A DNA stretch of 31,448 nucleotides, taken from the IMG/VR virus record IMGVR_UViG_2526164666_000034, one strand, 5' to 3'. The notes beneath the pieces are model-generated. The model did not search any database, was not told the DNA's origin, and saw nothing but the letters and a program-made list of their open reading frames with translations. This document shows, in pieces, positions 16,463-25,759 of the stretch. Each line of letters starts with the position of its first letter. Positions within the stretch are counted from its first letter, which is position 1. The position numbers and the translations under genes were made by a program. The DNA comes from a virus. Its lineage: Duplodnaviria; Heunggongvirae; Uroviricota; Caudoviricetes.

Positions 16463-18310
16463 ATGTCGATTAAACATTACGATGTTATCAGGGCGGCGTC
16501 GCCGTCAGACCTTGCGGAAAAGCTGACACACAAACTGAAAGAGGGCTGGCAGCCATACGGCGGACCGGTTGCCATTACGCCGTACACACTGATGCAGGCG
16601 GTGGCTATTGAAGGAGAGCCACAGGTCGGCCCTTCATCTGAGCCGGATTGGTACTACGTCATCGTACTGGCCGGGCAGTCCAATGCCATGGCTTACGGTG
16701 AAGGGCTTCCGCTGCCGGATTCTTACGATGCTCCGGATCCGCGCATTAAACAGCTGGCGCGCCGCAGTACAGTTACGCCGGGTGGGGCTGCCTGCAGATA
16801 TAACGATATTATTCCGGCCGACCACTGCCTGCATGATGTGCAGGATATGAGTACGCTGAATCATCCGAAGGCAGACCTGAGCAAAGGGCAGTACGGCTGT
16901 GTCGGCCAGGGGTTACATATTGCCAAAAAACTGCTCCCGTATATCCCGAATAACGCGGGGATCCTGCTGGTACCATGCTGTCGTGGTGGTTCGGCATTTA
17001 CCCAGGGCGCGGAGGGGACATTCAGTGCGGACACGGGGGCCAGCCAGGATTCGGCGCGCTGGGGTGTGGGTAAACCGTTATATCAGGACCTGATTGCGCG
17101 CACCAAAGCTGCATTACAGAAGAACCCGAAAAATGTGTTGCTGGCGGTGTGCTGGATGCAGGGAGAGTTTGACATGAGCGCCGCCACCCACGCACAGCAA
17201 CCTGCGCTGTTTACAGCCATGCTGACACAGTTTCGTGCTGACCTCTCCGTGTTTAACGCGCAGTGCCATGGTGGCAGTGCTGCAGATGTGCCGTGGATTT
17301 GTGGTGACACGACGTATTACTGGAAAAATACCTACGGCACCCAGTACAACACCATTTACGGGGCGTACAAAAACAGGGAGAGTGAGGGCGTTTATTTTGT
17401 GCCCTTCATGACAGACGGTAACGGCGTCAATACCGCCACTAACGCGCCGGCAGAAGATCCGGATATTCCGGCATCAGGATATTACGGTGCGGCATCGAGA
17501 ACGAATGGAAACCAGGTATCATCAAACCGCCCGACACATTTCAGTTCATGGGCGCGCAGGAGCATTATTCCGGATCGTATGGCAACCGCTATTCTGAACG
17601 CAGCCGGGCGCACCTCAGCCTTCATCAGTGGTAAGGCACCGGAAATCAAACCCTCGCCCGGCGGCAACACGCCATCGGGTCCGTCTGCAGATACGTCCGT
17701 TCGCACAATCTCCCTGCTGCCGGCAGCCGGAGAGGCTGCTGCGCAGGGCTGGAGCATTAAGGATGGCGGAATTCAGTTGTCAGATGGTGTATTTAAGATC
17801 ACCAAGCAGAGCAATAAAACCTGGTCCCTGACGCATCCGGTGGATGACGCAATTACCCTGCTGACACAGGGCGGCAGACTGACCTGTAAGTTCCGCCTGT
17901 CAGGCGCACTGACCAACAATCAGTTCGGGCTGGGGATTTATCTGTATACGGATGCTCCCGTTCCTGATGGTGTGGCGATGACGGGTACCGGTAATCCGTT
18001 CCTGATGTCGTACTTCACTCAGACCACTGACGGCAGAGTGAATCTGATGCATCACAGGAAAGCCGGAAACACGAAGCTGGGGGAGTTCGGCGATTACGGT
18101 AACGACTGGCAGACGCTGGAGCTGGTGTTCACCGCCGGCAGTGCCACGGTTACTCCGAAACTGAATGGAGTGGCTGGCCCGGCATTCCAGGTTATAAAAG
18201 ACAGTCTGACACTGGGACTGAATGCGCTGACGGATGTTACAAAAAATGCAGCGTATGGCGTTGAGATAGAAAGTCTGGTGCTGGAGATAAATGCACCGGC
18301 ATCATCATAA
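16463..18310 (+). CDS. nanS: Prophage sialate O-acetylesterase NanS-p (DUF1737 N-terminus plus esterase domain)
   Basis: 615-aa ORF; N-terminus [28 protein letters not shown].. and a GQSN motif block (..[18 protein letters not shown]..) fit the NanS-p proteins encoded between Q/tRNAs and the lysis genes of Stx-type phages. Confidence 0.75.
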   Translation: MSIKHYDVIRAASPSDLAEKLTHKLKEGWQPYGGPVAITPYTLMQAVAIEGEPQVGPSSEPDWYYVIVLAGQSNAMAYGEGLPLPDSYDAPDPRIKQLARRSTVTPGGAACRYNDIIPADHCLHDVQDMSTLNHPKADLSKGQYGCVGQGLHIAKKLLPYIPNNAGILLVPCCRGGSAFTQGAEGTFSADTGASQDSARWGVGKPLYQDLIARTKAALQKNPKNVLLAVCWMQGEFDMSAATHAQQPALFTAMLTQFRADLSVFNAQCHGGSAADVPWICGDTTYYWKNTYGTQYNTIYGAYKNRESEGVYFVPFMTDGNGVNTATNAPAEDPDIPASGYYGAASRTNGNQVSSNRPTHFSSWARRSIIPDRMATAILNAAGRTSAFISGKAPEIKPSPGGNTPSGPSADTSVRTISLLPAAGEAAAQGWSIKDGGIQLSDGVFKITKQSNKTWSLTHPVDDAITLLTQGGRLTCKFRLSGALTNNQFGLGIYLYTDAPVPDGVAMTGTGNPFLMSYFTQTTDGRVNLMHHRKAGNTKLGEFGDYGNDWQTLELVFTAGSATVTPKLNGVAGPAFQVIKDSLTLGLNALTDVTKNAAYGVEIESLVLEINAPASS

Positions 18311-18396
18311 AAAGTGAGCCAGTCAAATGGAAGGTATCGTTAAACTCACCGGTAGTGTCAGTGGGTCGTCTGAGACGCCTGCATGAGTTATCAGAG

Positions 18397-18426
18397 CCAT
18401 CAGTAGTTAACTGGTGGCTTTTTTAT
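18397..18426 (+). terminator. Terminator-like hairpin between nanS-p and the holin gene
   Basis: CCATCAG-TAGTTAA-CTGGTGG stem-loop (one G-U pair) followed by CTTTTTTATT. Confidence 0.4.
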
Positions 18427-18459
18427 TGTTGTCAGCTTCCGGATAACGGGAGACGGGGT

Positions 18460-18675
18460 ATGTACCAGATGGAAAAAATCACAACAGGTGTGTCATACAC
18501 CACGTCAGCGGTAGGGACGGGATACTGGTTACTGCAACTGCTGGACAAAGTCTCTCCGTCCCAGTGGGTGGCAATAGGTGTACTGGGGAGTCTGCTGTTT
18601 GGCCTGCTGACGTATCTGACTAACCTGTATTTCAAAATCAGGGAGGACCGCCGTAAGACGGCGCGGGGAGACTAA
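18460..18675 (+). CDS. S: Class II holin / pinholin (phage 21 S21 family) with dual-start motif
   Basis: 71-aa protein [16 protein letters not shown]...[45 protein letters not shown].. resembles S21 as recalled; Met1 and Met4 give holin/antiholin starts; GGAG RBS. Confidence 0.85.
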   Translation: MYQMEKITTGVSYTTSAVGTGYWLLQLLDKVSPSQWVAIGVLGSLLFGLLTYLTNLYFKIREDRRKTARGD

Positions 18676-18679
18676 AGCG

Positions 18680-19024
18680 ATGAAGAAAAAATACGAACTG
18701 GTTGTTAAAGAGATAAATAATTACCCGGATAAGATTGCTGTTACTGTGGCACTTGAAATTGGCGGGCATCCGTCGTTGTTGTTGCCACATGTGGCGATTA
18801 GTCTTGACCGTACTGAAGGTGCCACGCTGGAGTTTTACGAAGCTGAGGCGAAAAAGCAGGCGAAGCAGTTTTTCATGGATGTTGCTGCCGGGTTATGTGA
18901 AGGGGATGGTCCGTTACCGGAAAAGCGTCCCGTAATTTTAGAGGCGCAGGATGTGTTGATAACCTACAGAGGAAAACTACCGGGAATAATTACGGGTTCT
19001 CTGAAGACTCCACCGCTGGCCTGA
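18680..19024 (+). CDS. Hypothetical 114-aa protein inserted between holin and endolysin
   Basis: ORF with GGGGAG RBS starting 5 nt after the holin stop; no recognisable family; the canonical S-R arrangement has no gene here. Confidence 0.45.
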   Translation: MKKKYELVVKEINNYPDKIAVTVALEIGGHPSLLLPHVAISLDRTEGATLEFYEAEAKKQAKQFFMDVAAGLCEGDGPLPEKRPVILEAQDVLITYRGKLPGIITGSLKTPPLA

Positions 19025-19074
19025 AGACTTAACATATCCAGGGATTTGAAATCGATAAACCCTGATAAATATCC

Positions 19075-19608
19075 ATGAACGCAAAAATCAGATACGGCCT
19101 GTCGGCTGCCGTTCTGGCGCTGATTGCCGCAGGTGCGCCTGCGCCTGAAATCCTCGACCAGTTTCTGGATGAAAAGGAAGGTAACCACACCACAGCATAC
19201 CGTGATGGTGCGGGTATCTGGACCATCTGCCGTGGAGCCACCCGGGTGGATGGTAAGCCTGTTATTCCTGGCATGAAGCTGTCGAAGGAAAAATGCGACC
19301 GGGTTAACGCCATTGAGCGTGATAAGGCGCTGGCATGGGTGGAGAAAAACATCAGAGTGCCACTGACCGAACCCCAGAAAGCGGGGATTGCGTCATTCTG
19401 TCCGTACAACATTGGCCCCGGTAAGTGTTTCCCGTCGACGTTTTACAGACGGATTAATGCAGGAGATCGAAAAGGTGCCTGCGAAGCTATTCGCTGGTGG
19501 ATTAAGGACGGTGGCAGGGACTGCCGTATTCGCTCAAATAACTGTTACGGTCAGGTATCCCGTCGTGACCAGGAGAGCGCGCTGGCGTGCTGGGGAATCG
19601 ACAGATAA
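19075..19608 (+). CDS. R: SAR endolysin (GH24 lysozyme with N-terminal signal-anchor-release domain)
   Basis: 177-aa protein; N-terminal Gly/Ala-rich weak transmembrane segment (GLSAAVLALIAAGA) followed by a catalytic E..D/C..T block (EGNHTTAYRDGAGIWTICRGAT); the expected partner of a pinholin. Confidence 0.85.
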   Translation: MNAKIRYGLSAAVLALIAAGAPAPEILDQFLDEKEGNHTTAYRDGAGIWTICRGATRVDGKPVIPGMKLSKEKCDRVNAIERDKALAWVEKNIRVPLTEPQKAGIASFCPYNIGPGKCFPSTFYRRINAGDRKGACEAIRWWIKDGGRDCRIRSNNCYGQVSRRDQESALACWGIDR

Positions 19609-19878
19609 GCAGAATATTTTGCTGAAAAATGAGGTTTGCTTACATGGATGGATAACACGAAATCCTGCAAATTGGCAAAATGTAAGTGAATAAAGTCAAA
19701 ACAGTTGTTTAACACTCAGGCACCGTAATGATGCCTTTGTCATTTCTGCGCATCTCACGCGCATCTCACAACACAGAACCTTTCAGGATGACCCTTGAGG
19801 ATACCGGTTTGGCTGTCGGTGCCTTTCTGTGGGCTGGATTCCTGTGAGACAAGGTTCATCACTAAAAGGAAATAACCG

Positions 19879-20448
19879 ATGAATATGATGGCCGTGCCGT
19901 TTCACGGCAACTCTCTTTATGTAGTTAACCATAATGGCGAACCATACGTTCCCATGAAACCTGTCGTTGCGGGGATGGGGCTGGCCTGGCAATCACAGTT
20001 GGCTAAGTTAAGACAGCGTTTTGCGTCAACTATAACGGAAATCGTTATGGTTGCTGAGGATGGGAAACAACGCAATATGGTGTCCATGCCACTTCGAAAA
20101 CTTGCCGGCTGGCTACAAACCATTAATCCCAACAAAGTAAAACCCGAAATCCGCGATAAGGTCATCCGGTATCAGGAAGAGTGCGACGATGTTCTTTACG
20201 AGTACTGGACGAAGGGTTTTGTCGTTAATCCCCGTAAAATGAGCGTGATGGAAGAACTCAACCAGGCTTGTGCTGACATGAAACGGGATAAAAACATTGC
20301 CAGTGTGTTTGCTACCGGGCTGAATGAGTGGAAACAGGTTAAAGCCGCGCATGTATCAAAAATCCGTACGCTGGTAAATGAAGCGAATATGCTGATTGAT
20401 TTTGTCCTGGCTGATACAGGCAAAGGGAAAATAACAAAGGCGGATTGA
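19879..20448 (+). CDS. Putative antirepressor (Ant-like)
   Basis: 189-aa ORF with AAGGAAA RBS; N-terminal pattern (..FHGNSLYVV.HNGEPYVPMKPVVAGMGLAW..) resembles phage Ant/Rha-type N-terminal domains; lies between R and Rz, as in several Stx-type phages. Confidence 0.5.
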   Translation: MNMMAVPFHGNSLYVVNHNGEPYVPMKPVVAGMGLAWQSQLAKLRQRFASTITEIVMVAEDGKQRNMVSMPLRKLAGWLQTINPNKVKPEIRDKVIRYQEECDDVLYEYWTKGFVVNPRKMSVMEELNQACADMKRDKNIASVFATGLNEWKQVKAAHVSKIRTLVNEANMLIDFVLADTGKGKITKAD

Positions 20449-20459
20449 TGGGGTGGCTA

Positions 20460-20594
20460 ATGATATCAGATAAACTCATAACGCTGGTGAAGAGCCTCTG
20501 TGTACTTGTCGGCATTTCATTTTTAGTCATGCTGGTTGCCATTTTCTTTTCCACCGCCTGGCGAGTCCTGACGTTATCGGGACTGGTGGGGTGA
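20460..20594 (+). CDS. Small membrane protein (44 aa) upstream of Rz
   Basis: ATG with GGGGTGG RBS; one hydrophobic segment ([18 protein letters not shown]); below the ORF-track cutoff. Confidence 0.3.
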   Translation: MISDKLITLVKSLCVLVGISFLVMLVAIFFSTAWRVLTLSGLVG

Positions 20595-20601
20595 AAGAGA
20601 G

Positions 20602-21069
20602 ATGAACCGTGTTCTGTGTGTGGTGATTATTGTCATGGCGGTTGGCTGTGGTGCGCTGTGGCTGGCAACAAACCATTACCGTGACAACGCGCTCACCTAC
20701 AAAGCGCAGCGCGATAAAAAAGCCAGAGAGCTGGAACAGGCGAATGCCACCATTACTGACATGCAGGTGCGCCAGCGTGATGTTGCTGCGCTCGATGCAA
20801 AATACTCGAGGGAATTAGCCGATGCGAGAGCTGAAAATGAAACTCTGCGTGCTGATGTTGCCGCTGGTCGTAAGCGCCTGCGGATCAACGCCACCTGCCC
20901 CGGTACCGTGCGTGAAGCCACCGGCACCTCCGGCGTGGGCAATGATGCCGCCGTCGAACTCTCTCCGGTTGCTGGACGAAACGTTCTCGGTATCAGAGAC
21001 GGAATCATCAGCGACCAGGCAGCATTGAGAATGCTTCAGGAATATATCCGCACTCAGTGTATTAACTAG
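20602..21069 (+). CDS. Rz: Rz inner-membrane spanin (i-spanin)
   Basis: 155-aa protein; ..[57 protein letters not shown].. matches lambda Rz as recalled. Confidence 0.85.
   Translation: MNRVLCVVIIVMAVGCGALWLATNHYRDNALTYKAQRDKKARELEQANATITDMQVRQRDVAALDAKYSRELADARAENETLRADVAAGRKRLRINATCPGTVREATGTSGVGNDAAVELSPVAGRNVLGIRDGIISDQAALRMLQEYIRTQCIN
20837..21028 (+). CDS. Rz1: Rz1 outer-membrane lipoprotein spanin (o-spanin), embedded in Rz
   Basis: +1-frame ORF inside Rz: [17 protein letters not shown].. with a lipobox Cys and a proline-rich stretch ([10 protein letters not shown]). Confidence 0.75.
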   Translation: MKLCVLMLPLVVSACGSTPPAPVPCVKPPAPPAWAMMPPSNSLRLLDETFSVSETESSATRQH

Positions 21070-21092
21070 TATTTTTGTTATTCGGAGAATGC

Positions 21093-21317
21093 ATGAAGAA
21101 ATTATTGGTAACCGTAAAGCCTTTTCAGGGAACAATTCCGTTCCGTATTTTGCAGCGTGGTCGTGTTCTTGTTGAAGGTTCGTTCAGTGGTAAATGTACG
21201 CAATTACACTCCAGGACCTTTCAGGTGAATGCCACGAATGAAGAGCTAACCGTTGAGTGTACGATGAATGCCGCTAAATGCCGCATGGTATCCGCTGCAT
21301 TACAGCCAGTGTGTTGA
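21093..21317 (+). CDS. Hypothetical 74-aa protein downstream of Rz/Rz1
   Basis: ATG with GGAG RBS 5 nt upstream; contains several Cys; no signal peptide; not Bor-like. Confidence 0.4.
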   Translation: MKKLLVTVKPFQGTIPFRILQRGRVLVEGSFSGKCTQLHSRTFQVNATNEELTVECTMNAAKCRMVSAALQPVC

Positions 21318-21673
21318 GCGACCTTATTATTCATGCGCGGTATTGTCGCCGTATTCCTGCATTAACAGAGACCGCAGCCCGACCGGGAGAATCCTCTGCG
21401 CGAGTGTGCGGGGATAATCAAAAACGATACACACCGGGGTTTACCGCGTTAACGGAGCGCGGCGTTGTCCCCTCATGGTCGCTGGTCCGGTGCGATGGTG
21501 GAAGAAGCCGGATGTTTATCACTATTAATTGATAACACAGAAATGGATTCATTGATTTTCAGCACGTTTTTGTATTCGTATTATTGAACATCTGTTTATT
21601 TTACTTTTAACATATTGATAATAAAAAGAGCTGTAAATCTTTAGATGAGTCGATTTTGTCCGGGGAAGTTCAA

Positions 21674-21814
21674 ATGGATTTTATGCTGACGGTTTCTGGT
21701 GTGGTTATCCTGTCCATTGCTTATACTGCAGATAAATATGGCTGCCATTTGTTATCACGTATTGGCGCTTATTGCTCGTTGATGCTGATTTTCTCGTCGC
21801 TTTTTTTTGAGTAA
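21674..21814 (+). CDS. Possible small hydrophobic ORF (46 aa) in an AT-rich segment
   Basis: ATG with GGGGA RBS; hydrophobic translation; weak evidence. Confidence 0.2.
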   Translation: MDFMLTVSGVVILSIAYTADKYGCHLLSRIGAYCSLMLIFSSLFFE

Positions 21815-21943
21815 GTTATATTAATTATAACAAATAATTTTCTGTGTTTTTTCAGGCTATCCCGTCAGACGGGAAGCCTGTACTGCCGGGGGACGAATGG
21901 AAAACTGATGTGTCCGGTAACTGTGTGTTCTGTGAACACCATG

Positions 21944-22129
21944 TTACTTAATTATGTAATTCATACCCGAACGCTCTGTTGACAGCCTTCTTCTGCAGGC
22001 TTCAATAACCCACGCTGAAAAGTTACCGGAACCTTTATGTTCAAGGGCGATATTGATCTGTTCAATCATGTGATTGGGGAAACGGATATTGCGGGTTGTG
22101 GTTCTGCGGGTCCGGTTTTTCGATGACAT
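21944..22129 (-). CDS. YlcI-like small prophage protein
   Basis: 61-aa protein MSSKNRTRRTTTRNIRFPN.MIEQINIALE.KGSGNFSAWVIEACRRRL.. resembles DLP12 YlcI as recalled; AAGGAAA RBS; opposite strand to flanking late genes. Confidence 0.55.
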   Translation of the reverse strand: MSSKNRTRRTTTRNIRFPNHMIEQINIALEHKGSGNFSAWVIEACRRRLSTERSGMNYIIK

Positions 22130-22170
22130 ATTTATTTCCTTTACTGATTGCCATATGACGGGGATTTTAC

Positions 22171-22536
22171 ATGGCTGAGCTTCGTACACTCCAGAGCAGA
22201 ATCAAAACACTGAATACCCGACGGGTGAATATTCTGAAGGGTGAACAGCGTCGTGTCAGTGGCAGTGCACGTGTTTCCCTCAAGCGTCATATCTGGCTCA
22301 GGGATGCCGGGCAGTGCTGTCTCTGTGGTCGTGTGGTTGACCTCTGTGACAGTGAACTCGATCACCGAATTGCACTTCAGTTCGGTGGTGGTAATGAGGA
22401 GACGAATCTCTGGACGCTCTGTACCGAATGCCATCGACAAAAGTCTGCTCGTGAAGCGGCGGGTGGTATGCCGGACCCGACGCTGCCGGAGGTGTCCGGA
22501 GGTAGTGGCAGAGCGGACGACATCATCGGACTGTAA
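22171..22536 (+). CDS. HNH endonuclease (terminase-associated)
   Basis: 121-aa protein with C.LCGR...DHRIAL..GG.NEETNLWTLCTECHRQK (HNH motif with Cys pairs), located just upstream of terS. Confidence 0.8.
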   Translation: MAELRTLQSRIKTLNTRRVNILKGEQRRVSGSARVSLKRHIWLRDAGQCCLCGRVVDLCDSELDHRIALQFGGGNEETNLWTLCTECHRQKSAREAAGGMPDPTLPEVSGGSGRADDIIGL

Positions 22537-22628
22537 CCCGAGCGGGGGGGTATCATCCGGCGTAAAAAACGATCGCTCCGGACACCGCGCCCCCTCTCAC
22601 GCAGAGAAAAAATTCCCGTTTCAGGGCA

Positions 22629-22750
22629 GTTAACATGTTAACTGGCTGTCCGGGCATTTTTGCGGTTTTTATCTTTATTATTCAGTTTGTTGTGCGGAAA
22701 AAATGTTAACAGGCTTTTTCAGCAAATGTTAACCAGGCAGCAGTTAACAT
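22629..22750. repeat. Four ATGTTAAC motifs, including a 14-bp palindrome GTTAACATGTTAAC, upstream of terS (candidate cos/pac or operator)
   Basis: Motif at 22629-22642 (palindrome), 22703-22710, 22726-22733 and inverted at 22743-22750. Confidence 0.5.
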
Positions 22751-22757
22751 TTGCGGC

Positions 22758-23303
22758 ATGAGACGCCGGGAAAAATGGGCTGAACCATACCCGGCTGAGT
22801 GCGTTCTGGACCCGGGAGGAGGCTGTGCTGACAACGCAAAAACGAAAAATTTGCGCTGGCGCTCATGTCCGGGAAAAAACAAAACAGCGTCAGCCATTGC
22901 CGCCGGTTATTCGGCGAAGACCGCCAGGGTTAAAGGCTCGCAGCTGGCAAAAGATCCGGAGGTGCTTGCGTTTATAGCCCGTAAACAATGCGAGACGGTG
23001 GAGGTGGATGAGGTTCCTGTTTACCGGCAGAAAAAATCAGAGCAGGAGGATAAACCCCGTCGCCGTGAGGCGGCTGCAATACCACAGCCGGACGAAAACA
23101 ATCCGGAGATGCCACCGTCCGCGGTGATGTCTCCTGGTATTGAATATATGGAGGATGGTCTTCCCGATCCGGTGAAAGCGATGGGGCGTCTTCTGGTGGA
23201 GAACATTAATACCGACCCCAGGCTGGCGCTGGATGCGGCTTATAAGCTGGCGCAGTTCACGCACCATAAAAAGGGGATGCCGGTAAAAATCGGCAAAAGG
23301 TGA
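22758..23303 (+). CDS. Terminase small subunit
   Basis: 181-aa ORF immediately upstream of the large terminase gene; N-terminal part has a helix-turn-helix-like stretch (..SAIAAGYSAKTARVKGSQLAKDPEV..); preceded by the repeat cluster. Confidence 0.65.
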   Translation: MRRREKWAEPYPAECVLDPGGGCADNAKTKNLRWRSCPGKNKTASAIAAGYSAKTARVKGSQLAKDPEVLAFIARKQCETVEVDEVPVYRQKKSEQEDKPRRREAAAIPQPDENNPEMPPSAVMSPGIEYMEDGLPDPVKAMGRLLVENINTDPRLALDAAYKLAQFTHHKKGMPVKIGKR

Positions 23304-23383
23304 CGCGGCGAAAAAGCGGCTAACCGTTTTGCGGTGCCACCACCACCCCGCCTGGTGGTGAATAATGATAATGAGGGCAACGG

Positions 23384-25045
23384 ATGATACCTGTGTGGAG
23401 CACGGCCTGCCCGGACTGGGCAGAGCGCCTGAAAAAGGGGCTGTCGATTATTCCGGCTCCGATTTATCCGGACCAGGCTGCACATGCACTGGCGATTTTT
23501 AAACAACTGCGAATTGTGGATGCACCTGGTAGCCCGACATTCGGGGAGTCCTGTGCACCGTGGGTGTTTGACCTGGTGGCGGCCCTGTTTGGCTCCTACG
23601 ATGCGCAGACCGGTGTTCGCCATATCAAGGAAGTGTTTATCCTTATCCCCAAGAAAAACTCGAAGTCCACGCTGGCTGCGGGGATCATGATGACGGCGCT
23701 GTTACTGAACTGGCGGCAGGCGGCGGGCTACACCATTCTGGCCCCGACCGTGGAGGTGGCGGCTAACGCCTTCAACCCTGCCAGGGATATGGTACGACGG
23801 GACGATGATCTGGATGACCTCTGTCAGGTGCAGACCCATATCCGGACCATCACCCATCGGGTGACGGACACCACCCTGAAGGTGGTGGCAGCCGATCCGA
23901 ATACGGTGTCCGGTATCAAGTCCGTGGGGACACTGATTGATGAACTGTGGCTGTTTGGCAAGCAGTACAAGGCGGAAGACATGCTACGTGAAGCCATCGG
24001 CGGGCTTGCCTCCCGTCCGGAAGGGTTTGTGGTGTATACGACCACCCAGTCGAATGAACCGCCCGCCGGGGTGTTCAGACAGAAACTGCAGTATGCCCGG
24101 GATGTCCGTGACGGCAAAATTCATGATCCGCACTTTCTGCCGGTGATATTTGAACACCCTCCTGAAATGGTGGAAAGCGGGGCTAACCTGCTGATGGAAA
24201 ACCTCGCCATGGTCAATCCGAATCTCGGCTATTCAGTGGATGAGGCCTTTCTGTACCGGGAGTACCGTAAAGCCCGGGAAGCCGGTGAAGAGACATTCCG
24301 GGGGTTCATGTCAAAACACGCCAATGTGGAAATTGGTCTTGCCCTGCGCTCTGACCGCTGGGCGGGGGCTGATTTCTGGGAAGAGCAGGGCCGTTGTATC
24401 AGCCTGGACGATATCCTGCGTCGTGCTGATGTGGTGACGGTGGGGATTGACGGCGGAGGGCTGGATGATCTGCTGGGGATGTATGTGACTGGGCGTGGCC
24501 GGGAGACCCGCGAATGGCTGGGCTGGGGCCATGCCTGGGCGCATGAAACCGCGGTGGTCCGACGGAAGAGCGAGGCGTCCCGGTTTCAGGATCTTGTTGC
24601 CTGTGGAGATATGACCATTGTCCGGCGTGTCGGGGATGACACGGCGGAAGTGGCGGAATATGTGCGTCGCATTCATGAGGCTGAGTTACTGGACCATATC
24701 GGTATTGACCCGTCAGGGGTGGGGCAGATTCTGGATTCACTGGCGGAAGCCGGGATCCCCGACGGAATTGTGGTGGGGATAAGCCAGGGCTGGAAACTGG
24801 GCGGGGCCATTAAAACCACCGAGCGCAAACTGGCTGAAGGGGTGCTGGTGCATGGTGACCAGCCCCTGATGGCCTGGTGTGTCGGCAATGCCCGGGTGGA
24901 GCCTAAAGGTAACGCCATTCTTATCACCAAACAGGCCAGTGGACGGGGAAAAATTGACCCGCTGATGGCGCTGTTCAATGCGGTCTCCCTGATGTCCCTT
25001 AACCCGGAACCGAAAAAGAAAGAATATGCGGTTTTTTTCATATAA
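23384..25045 (+). CDS. Terminase large subunit
   Basis: 553-aa ORF; N-terminal ATPase-like region with Walker-A-like ..IPKKNSKSTLAAG.. and a C-terminal nuclease-like region including ..GRGKIDPLMALFNA.. Confidence 0.85.
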   Translation: MIPVWSTACPDWAERLKKGLSIIPAPIYPDQAAHALAIFKQLRIVDAPGSPTFGESCAPWVFDLVAALFGSYDAQTGVRHIKEVFILIPKKNSKSTLAAGIMMTALLLNWRQAAGYTILAPTVEVAANAFNPARDMVRRDDDLDDLCQVQTHIRTITHRVTDTTLKVVAADPNTVSGIKSVGTLIDELWLFGKQYKAEDMLREAIGGLASRPEGFVVYTTTQSNEPPAGVFRQKLQYARDVRDGKIHDPHFLPVIFEHPPEMVESGANLLMENLAMVNPNLGYSVDEAFLYREYRKAREAGEETFRGFMSKHANVEIGLALRSDRWAGADFWEEQGRCISLDDILRRADVVTVGIDGGGLDDLLGMYVTGRGRETREWLGWGHAWAHETAVVRRKSEASRFQDLVACGDMTIVRRVGDDTAEVAEYVRRIHEAELLDHIGIDPSGVGQILDSLAEAGIPDGIVVGISQGWKLGGAIKTTERKLAEGVLVHGDQPLMAWCVGNARVEPKGNAILITKQASGRGKIDPLMALFNAVSLMSLNPEPKKKEYAVFFI

Positions 25046-25070
25046 CCCTGTTCACACTGTAACCATCACG

Positions 25071-25095
25071 AACCGCTCCGGCGGTTTTTTTATTT
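25071..25095 (+). terminator. Intrinsic-terminator-like hairpin between terL and the protease gene
   Basis: AACCGC-TCCG-GCGGTT stem-loop followed by a T-run, 14 nt before the protease start. Confidence 0.45.
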
Positions 25096-25108
25096 TCAGG
25101 AGGCTGAT

Positions 25109-25759
25109 GTGACTCTTAAACGGGCCTGTTCCCTGCTGACGGTGAAATCCTTCAGTGAGGATGAACGGGTGATCACCGGGATTGCGTCAACGCCTTCTCC
25201 GGATCGGGATGGTGACATCCTGGAGCCGGAGGGCGCGGAGTTTGGCAGTGCGATACCGTTTCTCTGGCAGCATGACCATTCCCGCCCGGTGGGGCAGTGT
25301 ACGGTGCGCCGGGTCAGCGAAGGGCTGGAAATCACGGCAACACTGGTGAAGCCCGTACCGGATATGCCGTCGCAACTGGCTGCCCGGCTGGATGAGGTCT
25401 GGGCGGCCATTAAGACCGGGCTGGTCAGGGGGCTGTCCGTGGGCTTCCGTCCCCATGAATACACCTTTCTGGACGGAGGCGGACTGCATTTTCTGCGCTG
25501 GGAACTGATGGAGGTGTCTGCCGTCACCGTGCCCGCGAATGCGGAATGCACCATCCGGACCATTAAATCTTACGACCGCCCGTTTTCTGCCGCGTCCGGC
25601 AACCGGAAACCGGTGGTGAAAATCGCATCTTCTGCCGGCGCTGCGGCACAGTCAACAACCGTTTTTCATAAGGAAAAGACCATAATGAATATTGGCGAAC
25701 AGATTAAAAGTTTTGAAAACAAGCGTGCAGCGCTGGCAGCCTCCCTTGAGAGGTCATGA
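25109..25759 (+). CDS. Prohead maturation protease (HK97 gp4 / peptidase S78 family)
   Basis: GTG start with AGGAGG RBS; ..FLWQHD.., ..GLSVGF.., ..EVSAVTVPANAEC.. motifs are typical of S78 proteases. The last ~24 codons (MNIGEQIKSFENKRAALAASLERS) look like the capsid N-terminus. Confidence 0.8.
   Translation: MTLKRACSLLTVKSFSEDERVITGIASTPSPDRDGDILEPEGAEFGSAIPFLWQHDHSRPVGQCTVRRVSEGLEITATLVKPVPDMPSQLAARLDEVWAAIKTGLVRGLSVGFRPHEYTFLDGGGLHFLRWELMEVSAVTVPANAECTIRTIKSYDRPFSAASGNRKPVVKIASSAGAAAQSTTVFHKEKTIMNIGEQIKSFENKRAALAASLERS

Noticed and set aside
19388-19693. 101-aa plus-strand ORF overlapping the endolysin 3' end
   Set aside because: Alternative frame of the endolysin gene with Arg-rich translation and no independent start context.
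24311-25041. Minus-strand ORFs (121, 113 and 122 aa) inside terL
   Set aside because: Antisense to the large terminase gene; Pro/His/Arg-rich translations typical of GC-rich antisense frames.
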